From positions 18,662,001 through 18,726,000 of the forward strand of contig JBHGNT010000005.1 of assembly GCA_043228905.1 (NCBI GenBank): DNA of 64,000 nt, read 5' to 3'. The position numbers and the translations under genes were made by a program. Positions 47,068 to 61,301 of the stretch are shown here, one piece after another. The stretch's first letter is position 1, and each line of letters starts with the position of its first letter. The DNA is from Azolla caroliniana (lineage: Eukaryota > Plantae > Polypodiophyta). The notes under the pieces were generated by a model. It saw only the letters and a list, made by a program, of their open reading frames with translations, made no database searches and had not been told where the DNA came from.

Positions 47068-49308
47068 CTACATGTGACCAAGTCTCTTGTGCCATAACTC
47101 TTCACTCAAGTCAGTTGCCACATTCACTTCCGACTTGCACAATCGAGCATGCATCATATACAGTGTGCCCTCTTTCGGTGCTCGTGCCACTATGAGGTTT
47201 CCACGACAAAACTCTACATAACACACATCCGTGTGTACTAGTTCCAGTGTAGTTTCTCTTCTTCTTGGTGGTCTTGTGTGGAATGTCACTCGGTTCTGGT
47301 TTCCAACTAAGCAATCGGCACACTTCTCCAAGTGAACTCCCTTCACTTCTGGGAGAAGTTCCTAGTCGGCCAGGATGTGCATTCCCTTCTCACTCATGTG
47401 GCCAAGTCTCTTGTGCCATAACTCTCCACTCGAGTCGGTTGCCACATTCACTTTCGACTTGCACAATCGGGCATGCATCATATACAATGTGCCCTCTTTC
47501 TATGCTCGTGCCACTATGAGGTTTCCACAACAAAACACTTGTCGTTTCAAAAGCTACCACAGTAGCCTTCGTCATCCAGCCTTCCAGTCGATATCAAATT
47601 CAATCTGACATCGAGGATATGTCGAACTTTCCTCGGCATCAGTCGACGTCGTCAAACACACGCTTCCAATGCCGACTATCTTGCACTCTCCATGATCTCC
47701 CATCTTTACATTGCCATGATTCGCGGCTATGTAAGTCGAAAAACACTCTCTCAACAAAGTTATGTGGAATGATGCACCTGAGTCAATTACCCAGGTGCAC
47801 TCTTCGCTTGCGAGATTTGTGATTGCCTACTCACAAATGAACAAGATCTCCTCCACACTTGTAGCTACAACCGATGTGCCCTTTTCATCAGGAATCTTCT
47901 TGGGTTCGACATTATTGCTAACATTCTTGTCCTTCTTGAGGTGTCGGTAGTGCTTCTGAAAGTGTCCAGGCTTTCCACAATAGAAGCATGTTAGCTTACC
48001 TCTGGACTTGGATCTGGCGTGGGACTTTTCTCTCCTTGGTGGACTCCTTTGCCGGTTTCTTCCTCTGTCGATGTGTTGAGTCAGGTTTGACTCCGACTGG
48101 GACAAAACACTTTTGTCCTTCCTTCTTGTCTCCTCGTTCAAGATGCTCGTCTTTACTGCTTGTAGAGACACGTTCTCTTCCTGATACGAGGTGTTGAGAG
48201 TCACCACCAGGTTCTCCCAACTATCTTGCAAGGTACACAATAGCAAGATGGCTTGCATTGCATCTTTAAGGGGATACTTTGTTGCCGCAAGTTGGTTCAC
48301 ATACCCCATGAATGTGTTTACGTGTTCGATTATGCTTTCCCCGTCCCTATATTTCAGCCTCACGATCTTTCTCATCAAGGATGTTTTGTTGAGGGTGTTC
48401 TTCCTCTCATATAAGTTTGACAACTTCTACCACATCTTGTAGGCATTTGTGTCGTTTGCCACATGTTGAAGAACACTTACATCGACGCACTGACGAATGG
48501 TGGCCACCTCCTTTCTGTTAAGAACTTTCCATTCTGACTCTAATACCCCCGTGGGTATTTTTTCTCTGTCGATTGGCTCGTACAGGTCTTTGACTAGGAG
48601 AAGGTCCTCCATCTTTATCTTCCAGTCTGCATAGTTCTGAGGGTTTAGAACTATCATGCCTAGGAAGCTGCTTGCACCCCCTTCCATCTTCAGCCAAGCT
48701 TTGATACCAGTTTGTTGAGAATCGAATCGTCGATCCACGAAAAGATATGTTGAAATACACTGTAGACAAAAAATACACACTACACAACGTTTTATGTGGA
48801 AACCCTAAACGGGGAAAACCACGGGAGAAACAAAGATCCACTATACAAGAGAATACAGAAAATAGTTACAAACTCTCTTTGATGCACACAGAGGATAACC
48901 CTGTTAGGGTTCTTAGCAAGTTCGCTAAACTTTGTTGCCGCTCTCTCTCGCTCACACCTCTCTCTTCCTCTGTCTCACTGTAACAGAGGCTCACATTGAT
49001 TCTATTCTACACACACTTTATGTTTTCCCTAGTTGTATTTATACTTATACACTATATGGGTTATTTATAAATGTACTCATTGCTACTGTCATTCCTATTA
49101 CAACAGTAACAGATATTCAGTTGGTAGGTCGACTAGTCAACTTCAGCGTCGACTGTCCAGTTGGCTTTATCTTCAACCATTCGACCGGCCCAACTAGTTG
49201 GTCGTGTCTTCGACTTGGACTCTCCTATTGTCAGCTCCTCATGTCTTTAACTGTCGGCACTCGGCCCGACTAGTCAGCTGCTTCCATAGGAGGGACATAT
49301 TCCTAACA
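47068..49308 (-). mobile_element. Degenerate copia 5' part (LTR, gag, PR, IN start), related to copy E
   Basis: LTR 48713-49308, iMet PBS 48698-48709, gag with CFYCGKPGH. The GAG-pre-integrase segment is duplicated (47068-47210 versus 47395-47535). Confidence 0.88.
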
Positions 49309-49905
49309 AAGTGGTGGGGTGTTCACATACCAGGGTCTGTTCCCACACTAGGGAAGTTGAGTTTGATTCTTGTCAATTTACGGTCCATATCTTATCAAGC
49401 TTGACCCCTAGTCGGTCGAACAACTCCATGGCTTTGTGCGTGTCCAACTCCCTTCAATCGGCCACGATCTTCCCTACGAACCCGTATCAACAGAAGACAT
49501 CCTCGATCAGGAACCTGCACACCGCCACAATCGTTTTTTTTGTTAAGGCACGTCCTTCCACCTAGTTCGTCAAATCTTCTCATGCAAGTACTAGGTACTT
49601 TGTCTGGCCTACCCCTATTAGCATCGATACTAAATCAACCATCCACTTGAAGTGTATTGTTGGCAGGTAAGTCAAATGTAGCTTGTTACGATGTCAGATG
49701 TTAGAATGCATCTAACAACTTTCGCATGTCGACATGAAGTGATGCATGTCGTTGTACATCCCCGGCCACCAGTATTTCTCCTTCAACTTTTCGAAGGTTG
49801 CCCACGTCCCACGGTGTCCTACCCAAGGGTTGTCATGGAACTCACCCATCAGCTCCGACTGGTCTTTCCTCTTTGTCACCACCTGTTGAGTGACAAGCAA
49901 CCTCA
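49309..49905 (-). pseudogene. Gypsy integrase fragment (same lineage as copy D)
   Basis: EFHDNPWVGHRGTWATF...CESC and HFKWMVDL. Confidence 0.8.
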
Positions 49906-49907
49906 AC

Positions 49908-50296
49908 ATGGGCCGGACCGATTGGACAAGCAGGTAGGCCAGACTGGAATCGATTCGGTTGGCTAGGCCTACATAGGCTGACAAGCCTAAGCTCCGGACT
50001 AGGTTTCGGACCAGATGCCAGATCGGCTGAAGAAGCCGAATACTAGATTTGGATGACAGAGTGGTTATGGAAGTCGATCCAGAATGTCACATGTGTCGAT
50101 TATACTTATTCTAGTAAATAGGCCTAATATAGGCGATTAGTGTCAGAGGCTCTTTTAAGAGCATTGAAGTACATGTTAGTACTTCATGACAACCCTATCA
50201 GATGGGCTTGTATATATAAAGTGCATTGGAACACTACTTTTTGTACTGAGCACTAAGCATTTTTTGTTATAGAAGATTATTGTTATCAGCTCTACT

Positions 50297-50362
<66 letters not shown>

Positions 50363-50795
50363 CACCCTTACTTTGTGTTTACCTAACTCTTATACTTCCG
50401 AATAACCAGGTCGTAAAGGTGGCCTCGTTATCTGTATCAGAGGTCAGAATAAATGAGTGCGGGAGAACCTGCCGTCCTCTACTTCCGATTTTGGTTATCT
50501 CACGAGCGAGCCAACGGTTCCCCGGGGGTTCTCGGAAACAAGAACGCATTGGCGGGTCCTGGAGTGCCCGTCAAGAGCGCACGCGCGTCTTCCAGATATG
50601 CTTCCACACATATCTTTTTACATGGTATCAAAGAGCGATGGTTAGAAGAATCCTTTGTTGCCGACAAAGCGAACAAGACAAAGACAAGTTTTTGTCTTCC
50701 GAAGAAGAAGAAATAGGAACATGGACATAGGTATGGGTAGATTGCTTCCAACGGAGAATCTCGACAGAAGCAACTATGCATCTTGGTCATACTCT
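49908..50795 (+). mobile_element. Copia relic: LTR (start approximate, end 50622), PBS and gag start; related to 3580-6137
   Basis: ...TTTACA|TGGTATCA at 50623, LLPTENLDRSNYASWSY, and a (CT)n tract at ~50300-50359. Confidence 0.7.
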
Positions 50796-51779
50796 CTAGT
50801 TCAAGTCTGCTATGGTCGTGCTCAAATTGCACACCCATGTGCATAACTTTGCTTCAATGTAATGGTGGTATGTGTTGCTTCTTCCATATGTTGACATGTG
50901 GTGTGTGTGTGTGTTGTGTTAGCCTGGCTTTGATTCTCCCAATGGTTTTGTAAGAAAATCACATTATAAATTTGTTGTAGTTTCATGGGTGTGTGTGTGT
51001 GTGCCCAGTACATTTGCTCTCAGTGGCCTCAAGTTGGTGAGTTGTCATGTAGGTCGTGGTCTTACATTAAATCATCAAGATTTACTAAAAAGGGAGATCG
51101 TAGAAGTAAAGATGATGATATGATGGTTTGGAGAAAGTGCATGAGATCATGCGGAATAGATGCCAAAAGGATGAAGTGAAAAATAAACACTTTTTTACTT
51201 AAATATATTAATTTTCAACACTTAAACAATAACACTTTAATTGTCTTGAGAATGTAAGATGACTTTACCTACACCCCGTGATATGTATAAGAGGGGGATT
51301 TGAACTTTTGATCGTTGCTTGGCATTGAGTGAAGGGAAGAAACCAAAGAATCCATGAGAGGCCGATGGAGAGAAAAAGAACAGAGAAAGTTGACCAATAA
51401 TAACAAGAGGTTCACCTGGAGGATTCCATCAGGGCATATCACGGTTTTTTACCAAGGAGGTGGATCAAAGTGATTGTAGTGAAGAATTGATTGGAAATGA
51501 CGCGCTTCGTCTTTGGGAATTGTGGAAAGGATCGAATATGACCCAAATTGTTCCTCCCGCTATTCCCCTTTCTATTGCTTTGTTACCCTTATCTTGGAGT
51601 ATTCTTCCTCTTCTCCCTTGTATTCTTTCTAATGACTATTCATCGTGGTAGAACACTTGTTGCTTGTTGGGGGCTTGTGTCACTATCTTCCAGGAGGACA
51701 AACCTCGAGTTGATCTTCCAATAGCCCCGGGAGGCAAGTGTGCACATTTTTCTTGTAGTTGGGGTGTTTAGTTAGTCAT

Positions 51780-52245
51780 TAACAATCGGCAACGGTTCGA
51801 TTCGATTCAACTCGAGAGTCTCAAAACCAAACCATTTAAAATTTTTGAAACTTGAACTGAACAAAACCGAACCACGAAACCATTTAAACTGAATTGTTAG
51901 AAAAAATCCAAATCGTTAAACCATTAAACTGTTAAAACCGTTTTGGTTTCGTGGTTCGGTTTTGGTTTTCAACTTAGGTCAAAATTCAAAATTCAAAAAT
52001 TTAAAACATTTCATTATTTCAAATTTAAAATTTCAAAAGTTTAAAGATTTTTCTTGAAATGTGAGAATTAGGCTTAAAAATAAAAGGGTTGTTTAAAAAT
52101 AATAATTTAAAACCATCAAACCATTTAAACCGTTTAAACGGAACAGAACCGTACTGTTCACCACCTAATCGAACCTAACCGAAACTGAACAGTTAAAAAA
52201 GAACTTGAACGTGAACCGAACTATTTAAACTGTTTGTTCGAGCAC
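51780..52245. mobile_element. Degenerate hAT-type MITE upstream of the host gene
   Basis: ATCGGCAACGG matches part of the 42550 TIR. AAACCG/AACTG subterminal motifs. Confidence 0.6.
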
Positions 52246-52428
52246 CAGATAGAGAATATCGACTTATAGATAGAAGAACAGAAGGCAGGCAACCCCAACC
52301 ATCACATAATAAATGGGAGAAATACATATAGACAAAGGTCTCTTTTTTATATAAGATTCATGATGATAATGAATGATCATACACTCATTTTTTTTAACTC
52401 ATGATCTTTTGTCAGGAAGGAAAGTTCC

Positions 52429-52603
52429 ATGGCTTCCCTGCTAAGCCATAGCTTCTCCTTCTCTCCCCTCCCCACCAAGCTCTTCCCCACCAGTTCCCCT
52501 CCCGCCCTACCCCGCCATCGCTGCTGCTTGGCCACATCCGCTTCCGCCGCATCTGCATCTCCATCTGCATCGCAACATCAACACATACAGATATCTGCTT
52601 TAG
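52429..52603 (+). CDS. Host gene exon 1: plastid transit peptide-like N-terminus
   Basis: MASLLSHSFSFSPLPTKLFPTSSPPALPRHRCCLATSASAA is Ser/Pro/Ala-rich with no acidic residues. Donor G|GTTAGT is phase 1, compatible with the acceptor at 57609. Confidence 0.75.
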
Positions 52604-53449
52604 GTTAGTTAGAGTGTTTAAACAACATTTTTGCTGATTTTTGTGCTTTCTCCTTTCTCAGGCTTCTGAGGTATCGCAAAGATCACATGTAAGTTTTGTG
52701 GAAAAAGTGACAAAACTATCTATAAGTTAGAAATGGCAAAACATTGCTCAACTGTTTTTGTAGAAATTGTGGAATTCGTTTACGTTTTCTTTCTCTGAGT
52801 TAGAAATGGATTTTTTTTTTGGTTATGTGCTCTTTCTTCCTTTCCTTTTGCTAGAAATCCCTTAAGCTTTCTGTCGTTATGTTCGAAATACGAAAAATGG
52901 TTATTTTTAACCCTTTTTTTTATCTTTTGCTTAGAATGGAAATATATTTCCTTCCACTTTTGTCTTTAGGCGAGAAATGGCAAATTTTATTGAAAGCTTC
53001 ATTATTTGGGGTATAAATGGCATACTTTAGCTTGCAGTTTCCACATTTTGGTGAGATAGATAAAAACTGGCTTTTCTGAAAGTTAGACATGACAAAATTT
53101 GCCTTACATTTCCTGTCTTTATGGGCCCTAGGTTCTTTTATTTCAGTTAGAAATGGAAAACGCTGTTAAGTTCTCTTTTCTTTGGCTAAAAATGGTACAG
53201 TGGAGGTGAATTCAGTGGATTTTACCAATGTTAGGAGCGTCACTTTTCTTTACAACAGGTAAAGGGAGAGAAACACATGATGAGATTCTAGCTTGTTCAA
53301 CAATTCATTAGATAAATAGATAAGCACACGAAATTTTTGCAAGGTCTCGATGAATGTAGATGTAAAATTGATGTTTTAGCCTTTACGGATTCGTAGATGG
53401 TTGTAAGATGATAAGTGACAAATGTTGTACCATACACATGATAGATTAG

Positions 53450-54950
53450 CCTTTCATAGCTGGTTTCTGCTACCATGATTATTCATCCATGTGTTTTTGT
53501 TGAAGGATCTGTAAACAAAGTTATTGATACTTCTTCTTGGCACTAAAACTATAGAGAAAGATTTTGTTAAAGCCTGCATTTCCAACCTTTCCTAGTCATA
53601 TGAAGTTTTGAAAGCTAATTGTCGTTATTGATTGTCAGGCTAAAAGAAAATATACAGTTCATGAATTTGAAGTCAATGGTATAGGCATCCTCCATTGCTA
53701 AGATGATGTGTGTTAGAGGCTGCCACCCATATATTGTTGTTTCTATTTGATGAAGATGCATATCCTACTCTTGGCTGTCACCAATGTTGTAACATTCCCA
53801 TCCAATTTTGTCCTAGACATTTCAGATACGGGTACGGCAACCAAATTACTTCTAATGTGTGGCATAAGGTTTCTTAATTGAATAGGTCTCCAATGCAGTC
53901 ATCTTGTCCACAGTCAATGTGAAAATTCTCTTGAGAATGGACATTGTGGTGTTAACTAATTAAGCCCGGAACAAATCATACAGTTCCATTCTTGTGAGCA
54001 TACATTGAACTATCTTGACAATGGTCCAATTCCCATGTTTCGCCAGTTAGTATTGGTATGAAGTTGTCAACTTCCTCAACTTTACTTTTGAAGCCACATA
54101 CTCCCCAACTCATTTGAGAGGAATTCTCCTCATTGTTTAGTGTGGAGACATTTCAACATCTGGTCTAATTCCTTCTCCACCATTTGATGCCATATATTAA
54201 ATATTCTAAAAGCTTCAGTCTTTTTTTTGAAGAATTATACCCATATTTTCATACTATAACCATCTACGACCAGGAAGACGTAGAATGACCCACCCATCGC
54301 TTTTGTCATCATCTTTCTACAGAGGTTGGCATGGACAAACTATAAAGGAGACTTCACTCTCTTGGCCTCTTGTAGGAAAGACTTTCAATGGTTTTTCACC
54401 ATCATTTAAGCCTCATACTTTCTAGCACTTCAGCAAGTATAGGGAGCTTGTCTCCCAAACTATTTGCATCTTAGGCAAAATTGGGAAATTTGGGTAGTCA
54501 AAGTGCTCGTGCTATAGCTTTACAGTCAATGTGCTCTTACACTTGTTTGCAACTAATGCAATCAACTTAAACATATTGCCTTCCTGGACTGTTTGACTAG
54601 TTTTCTTGTGGATTCCCAACCTGACTTGCAAAAGACTACCACCTCATGGACGAATATCCACCAATCTCGACGTCAAAAGTAGATGCGAGAGTGATGAAAG
54701 CAATGAAATGGGAGAGCATCTTCTATCAAAATATTTGATTTCTATTTGTTAATATAACATTTCATGTAATACATGTGAAAGTAAGTAGCGATTCTCAATG
54801 TTCAAAAACTTTACTAATGGATGTCGCAATTGAGAGTGCACATGGTGATTGTGACCACTCTCATCACTTGTGTCCCAATGTCTAGTCTAACATAGTAGTG
54901 AGTGTGAACTAACTTGTATGGAAGCAATGGTTCAAATGGTAGACAACGAT
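53450..54950 (-). mobile_element. Old copia remnant (PR/IN/RT traces) in an intron
   Basis: Traces of LVHANL, FLVVDGYS and NGTV; heavily decayed. Confidence 0.55.
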
Positions 54951-55699
54951 GTGGGATCTAACATGTATTAATGTGTGGGTTTCCCCATTCACTAATGAAT
55001 ATGGTTTTGCAATTGCAACATATGTAATATAATGTGCGAAGTGTCAGCCTCCACATTTATCCTTGTCATGATACATTGATGTTTATTTCTCGACTTAGAG
55101 AAACTTTGTATGGAAATTTTCTTGGATTCTTTTTAAACTCTTTCTGCGTGGACTTAGGGATGCTATTAGTGTATATTTCCACCCCATAGAGAAGCATCAG
55201 TGTCATCAAAGTGTTAAAAGGTATTTCTTGAGGGCCTAACATTTAATTTCTCCACCATTGCATGTATTCTCAAATGCATAATATGCTCTCTTTTCCCCTT
55301 CTAGACAGTGGGTAGCACATTCATTCCATTTATGATTTGAGGCAACTACAAGACCAAGGTATTTAAAGCTTTCTACAATCTGTCACAAAATGTCAATATC
55401 AAGATTCGAATTTGTAACCTTTAAACAAGAGTCTTACACTCTTAACCATCACACCTACTTACTTTAATTAACAAATATGTTGTCATATTATTATTATTTA
55501 GAGTTATGTGGCACTAAACACATTGATCACCGCCAAATGTCATACATGCATGTACACCAAGTGGCACACAATATGTATGCCAACTGGTGATCACGCATGA
55601 TCCTATGTATGTTATATAAGCGGAAGATCTATTTAGTGTTGAACTATTCTGGCCTTCAACACCCTTGTCACTTTGGCCTCCGGGTAATACCAATTCTTG

Positions 55700-57520
55700 T
55701 CTTCTTGTTATCTTCTTTTCTTTGAAATCGACATCATCTTCAAAGCGTCGGTCATGACACAATTGCAAGTGGCTCGTGATTGTACATAATGCATGGTGTA
55801 CCCTTATTTTGGCTCTTTACAAGCATAATCTTTGTTTTAGAGCTATTGACACTCAACTTAGTATGCACGCAAAATTCTTCAAATACCTTCATAAGTTTTT
55901 GTGCATCTCCTATTGTCTACTTACAATAAAAGCGTGATGACGACATTCTTGATGACAAATTCTTTATTGCCTTCTTCCTTTATGAACTTGGTAACCATTT
56001 GTTATAATTCATCTATGCATAGACCAAATAGAGTTGGTGACAATGAGCATCCTTGCTTGACACCAATAGTGTTGTAAAAATCTGTAATTTCATTGCCCAT
56101 ACGCACCCTTCTCATAGATTCAGGAAATTTCTAACATATATTCACTTGGCACCCTAAGTTCTTCCATTCGCCTCCAAAGATGTTTACAAGGTACTATATT
56201 GAAAGACGAAGTAACAATATAAACCCTTACCTCTCAAATGACTTTATTCCATTCAATTAGATTAAATTTATTTATAATGTCCATGGAAGGCAATTGTGAT
56301 CTATGAGATGGGGCCTAGCCCATGGCAAAGGGTGACAAAGTGATTGATGGTGCTATTGTGTTTTTGAAAGCTTGTTTGTCATTAAGCTCTCTTAGCATTT
56401 TTTTCAGCTTGTGTAGTTATTGTTGATTCCATTAAACATCCAAATAGTTTTGTTATAATTGAGCCAACCATGATAGTTTGACAATTGTTTACATCTTCAT
56501 CTTTATATAAAGCTTTGTTCCAATTCGTGCTCCAATCATAGGGCATGCCATATTGCAATGTATGATTAAACTTATTATTCATCCATGCATGTGCTTCCTT
56601 TCATGTCCTTTTGAGCATTTCAGCCTTTACCCATTGAAGATTGCTTTCCTTTCAAGATGCCATTTTCTTAAGCCTTATCCATACATCTTTGATTTTAAAG
56701 AAGGGAGGCATGTGTGAAAGAGAACCATAACACATTATCTTCTCAACATTTGATTGCTCATATAAGTTCCTACTATGCATATACAAATCCGTAAGAGTTA
56801 AGTCACCATAACTCTTAACATGTTTCCCCTTTAGGTTTCTCCAAAATTTAGCTTCCCCCATTTGAATTCTAGAGTTGCACCATGATGTATCTTTGTCATT
56901 TGTAACGTGTGGTTGTTTGATATCTTCAATGACCTTCTTCCACTCAAACCTTTTCATACATGAGGTCAATACATAAATTCCTATAATCAGATTTCGATGT
57001 CCATTCACCGAGTGAGAATTTGTGTATGTAATCTAAAATGCCTTCAGAAAGTAGCACATAGTCAATTAAATGATTTCCACCGTGTTTTTACATGTAAAAC
57101 CATTTGTGTCAAGCAACACACCATTTGCAACAAGCATTCCAGTACTATTGCACATTTCTAGGAGTAATGATTTGGACCTTTTTCATCCATAGAACGACTA
57201 TACATTTGTATATCCTCTTGCACCCTTGAGATATGTGGCATGAAAATTTGTTGCGCATCAAGTTGCCAAATTCTTGTGCGAGCATTCATGTTACCAAAGA
57301 TAATAACTTTTCTCTTGGCTTTGAAATAAGCAATATCCTCTTCTAGATTGGCAAATGTTTATCTCAATTTAAATAAGCATAAATCTTAGAATCTTGATGA
57401 GGAATGTAGCATCCTACTGCAAAAGTGGGCATGTCATTTGGTGAGATAGATAGATAGATAGTTTTGAAGTAAGTTATGAGGGTCATGACAACAAGCTGTT
57501 CATAGTATAATAAGGTCTCT
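55700..57520 (-). mobile_element. Degenerate LINE (endonuclease plus RT) in an intron
   Basis: GVKQGCSLSPTLFGLCIDEL (RT) near 56040; GCYIPH and IIFGNMNART (APE endonuclease) near 57290-57420. Confidence 0.75.
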
Positions 57521-57608
57521 ATACACGAGATAAGATGAAAGTTATAGGTTTCCATGTGGGAGCCGCATGTAAGTCTACTTCCCAACATTTTATTATTATT
57601 ATTCTCAG

Positions 57609-58315
57609 CCAACGATACAACATGGAGATCTTTTGCGGATCATGTTTCTGGTGAATGGGATGGTTATGGAGCGGAATTCTCAAGATTAGGAGATCCTTCT
57701 GAGCTTCCCTCAACTGTTGTTCCTGATGCTTTCCGGGAATGGGAAGTTCAACTCTATGATTGGCAAACACAATGTCCTACTATTGCAAATGAATTCCTTC
57801 ACTACAAGCTGATACGTCTTCTTCCAACTGTTGGGTGTGAAGCAGATGCGTCAACTCGATATAGTATTGATGAGAGACACTCGGGTGACCCTGGTTCAGG
57901 TGCAAAGTTTCTAGCTTACCATAGCAATGGCTCATACATTGCATTATGGCCAGGAAAGAGAGTATTGAAAGAGATATTCAGTGGAAACCCTTCAAAAGTT
58001 TACATTCATGAAGGTGATAAGCAAAGCTTTTTTGAGGTAGAACATTGCATGGTACAAGAAGAACCAAAATTCCGTGTGAGGATCTTACAACAAATCATGA
58101 TGGAATCATCCAAGGAAAATGGGGAACCTATTCCGGTTTTGGAAAACATTACTATCCAAAGAGAGAAATGGGAGTCTGAGTTCAGAGATGGTGAAGTTCT
58201 AGGAGGATGCAGTACAAGTGGAGCGGCTTTTGCTACATCCCCTGTGCTAAAAAGTGCAGAATTGTTGGGTGCTTGGCGTTACAAAGAAATTTCTACCCAA
58301 CCTGAACCATATCTG
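57609..58315 (+). CDS. Host gene main exon: conserved plant protein of unknown function (At4g38225-like)
   Basis: WRSFADHVSGEWDGYGAEF...LPSTVVPDAFREWEVQLYDWQTQCPT...RLLPTVGCEAD (homology recalled). TTCTCAG acceptor and CTG|GTA donor. Confidence 0.85.
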
Positions 58316-58366
58316 GTATACTCTTCATTGTCTGAATTCATCATCTCAAATTTCTTGTTAGTCCTT

Positions 58367-58615
58367 TCAAAATGCCACTCCTTTTAGAAGTATTTCTCAA
58401 AATGCCACACTTTTTGCTCAATCAATTGAGAAGTGCAACCAATTAATCAACATTGTGTAATCAGTGTGGATTGATTAGTAGTTTAGTTGTACACTAGTGG
58501 TTAATGGACATTGTTCTACTCAGAACTTTAAGGGGAATCATTTTGGCGTTTCCAAATTAATTCAGCAAAAAGTGTGTCATTTTGAGAAACGCAGTTAAAA
58601 AGAGTTGCATTTTGA
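58367..58615. mobile_element. Foldback MITE in an intron
   Basis: ~50-bp imperfect inverted arms TCAAAATGCCAC...TTTTTGCT and AGCAAAAA...GCATTTTGA. Confidence 0.65.
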
Positions 58616-58738
58616 CCAATTTCCTCTGTTTCTGTTACAGAAAAACATAAAAATAGAATAGCCATTTTAGAAAACAAGAAATATATTTAATCTGGAGCAT
58701 TCAGTATCATTGCTAATTAAAGTGTTTCCCGGTACCAG

Positions 58739-58942
58739 GTTGGTGTTAATCAACTTGTACATAGTGGGTCTGGTAAAGTACTCATAAAATCCTCACACGA
58801 TAAACAGCCACTACCAAAAGGCTTATGGAGCGAGATGATACAACTAGAGACTGGTCATTATTCACTATCTGTCGGATGGCTTGTCGATGATAACAACATA
58901 ATTTCTTCAAATTTTGAATTTTCTACTACAGGCGAGGCTAAG
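58739..58942 (+). CDS. Host gene next exon (68 codons)
   Basis: CAG|GTT...AAG|GTAAAT, phase 0-0, open frame with LPKGLWS...SVGWLV. Confidence 0.8.
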
Positions 58943-61301
58943 GTAAATATAAAATTCTATTGATACATTAGGAAAAGTGAGAATCACAGTGATAAAATCA
59001 ATGTTTACAAGCCGAAGATGGCGATAAATAGATTATTGAATCCATTTCTTTTGTGGGCTTCATAAATTTCAGATGTTCCAATATTCAATAATCCTTTTTT
59101 TAATGTATCTCATGCACTTCGGAACAAACAATATACAGATCTTTTGTTTATGTGATATGAGCAGCAAGACATGCGCAGTTTAATCACTCATTTTATTGAT
59201 GTTTGGCTTCATGACTGCAGAGGGCATTTATAAGATTCAAGACAAGGGAAGTTTGAAAATGCAACCAGTCTATAAGAACAAACCGTTCAAAGAGGTATAT
59301 AATACATGAAATATGGTCTGAACTGGTTTCTGCTTGTATATTGTATCTGTTTTCTGCCAGACATCTAAAATGCTGTTTTGGCACTCTATTCTTGAATAAA
59401 ACATAAAACATAGATAACCTCATCTTTGGAATGTCCCTTTTGACATTCTTACTCAGAAACACATAAAAACATTTATTACCTTTTGTAGATATTTGTATAA
59501 CCATACACCAATAAGGTTATTGAATCCTCGAGCATGTTTTAGAAAACCCATGTTTAATATTTTGTAATATGATGAAAATCATTATTTGATCTGAGCTTAT
59601 AAATTATATCCAATAGGTTCATTATTTGAACATGTAAGTGGAATTGATAAAGAATTTAAAAGTATAGATAATACTATAAAGAAATTAGGATATATGAACA
59701 AAAATTAGTCAAAAAATTTAAATATATGGGCAAATTTATTTAGGCTAGCCCATGCAAGTTTGTTGTTTCCAAAAAACATATGTTTTGCCATTAGCCTATG
59801 CAAATAAGTTGTTTCCAAAATTATGTCTATCCATGTAATTAACCATGATAATACACGTTTTTATATGGAACCTGAACTAATTGGCAATGATGAAGAATCA
59901 CACTTGGATGAGTCTTCATAAATTTGAGCAAATGAACATTTCAATTTTCTAAATTTCTGTGGAAAGCTATTGTGGAATCAATGGGGGAATATATGAAATT
60001 ATATTGGGCATCAGAATGGAATGAAGAATTGTAATGTGTATCAAGTTTGAGTCATTAATTGCTTCAATAATACTTTTGAGGAAAAGATCAAATAAATTGC
60101 ATGTAATAACTTGTTAGATTTAATGCTCAATCCTGGTTAAAGATCAGTTTCCTTAGTATTTACAAAATTAATCTCTTTGAGGAATTGGCCAAAGAACATA
60201 ATGAAGTTGGTATATAAAGCATTATTCACTTCATATAGATGAGAGACATTCATTACCCGGAGTTATCCAATTGTATGTGAGATGTGGTCATTATATACCA
60301 GGGTCCATTACCATTCATGTTGTCCCTAATGTGCAAATGCCCCTCTTCACAATCCATTGGTTGGCACTCTTCAAGGGTTTTGTTATTACTTAAATTTTGA
60401 GGCGTAAAAGAAACCATGCATATCAAACTTGCTATCTTAACCCCATTTGCCTTGGTGTTGCTTCTTTTTTACCTTCTTTTTTCGAGATTCATCATAGATC
60501 TTCTTTTGCCTTCTTGTCAAATATGGTTGAGACACAATTTGCCCCATCTTACTCTAGCTACAAATGCAACCCATCTTCCATATTCACTTCACACACCATT
60601 TATCAATGGTTTGTGGGTACCATGAATGAGTTCTTCTCAATCACCACACATGCAAAACATCTAGTTGCCTGTCCTCAACATTCAATGCCTCCAATGTGTA
60701 GACACCTCGTTTTACACTATCCTCCTCGCCAACACTCCATCCACTATTATTCCCATTGCCCCTCCACATAACCCTCTATCATTCACCTCCCCTTCCATCT
60801 ACATGCTTCCTTGCCTCCATGGACTAGGACTCACACACCTATGTTTTGTCATGGTACACCCAGGAGTGTGCTCCCTCTCCAAATAGCTTCCCGCCATCAC
60901 CACTCATCGAGAATGCCTTCCATATCTTCCACCATCTCCACACTCTTGACAATATCTTCATCTCCCCCTCCCTATCCCTTCCCTCTAGACCCGTGCATTT
61001 GTAGACTAGGACTCGCACACCTAGGATTGGCATGGTACATGTGAGAGAGTGGATTAATTAGGTTTATGGGGATGTTGAGTATTTACCATACATGTCAATG
61101 CTAGCAAGGATATCAATGTTAGTACCAAAGATATAAATGTAGGGGCAAGAGAAGAGGATGCAAGAGATAAGTAGAGAACTAAATCTTGTGGCTTATCATA
61201 TTGTGAAAGAGGCCAATACCTTTTAAAAAGGCTATAAAAGTTTCCTTTATGCTATTTTAAGGCTTCTTCTTGAGCCCTAGGATTTATGCTACGACTTTTA
61301 T

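Noticed and set aside
52591-52600. Possible U12 AT-AC donor (ATATCTGC)
   Set aside because: Poor match to ATATCCTT, no U12 branch point, and the phase is incompatible.
57554-58387. Single-exon 277-aa gene as given in the ORF track
   Set aside because: Both ends run into intron sequence; splice sites define the exon as 57609-58315.
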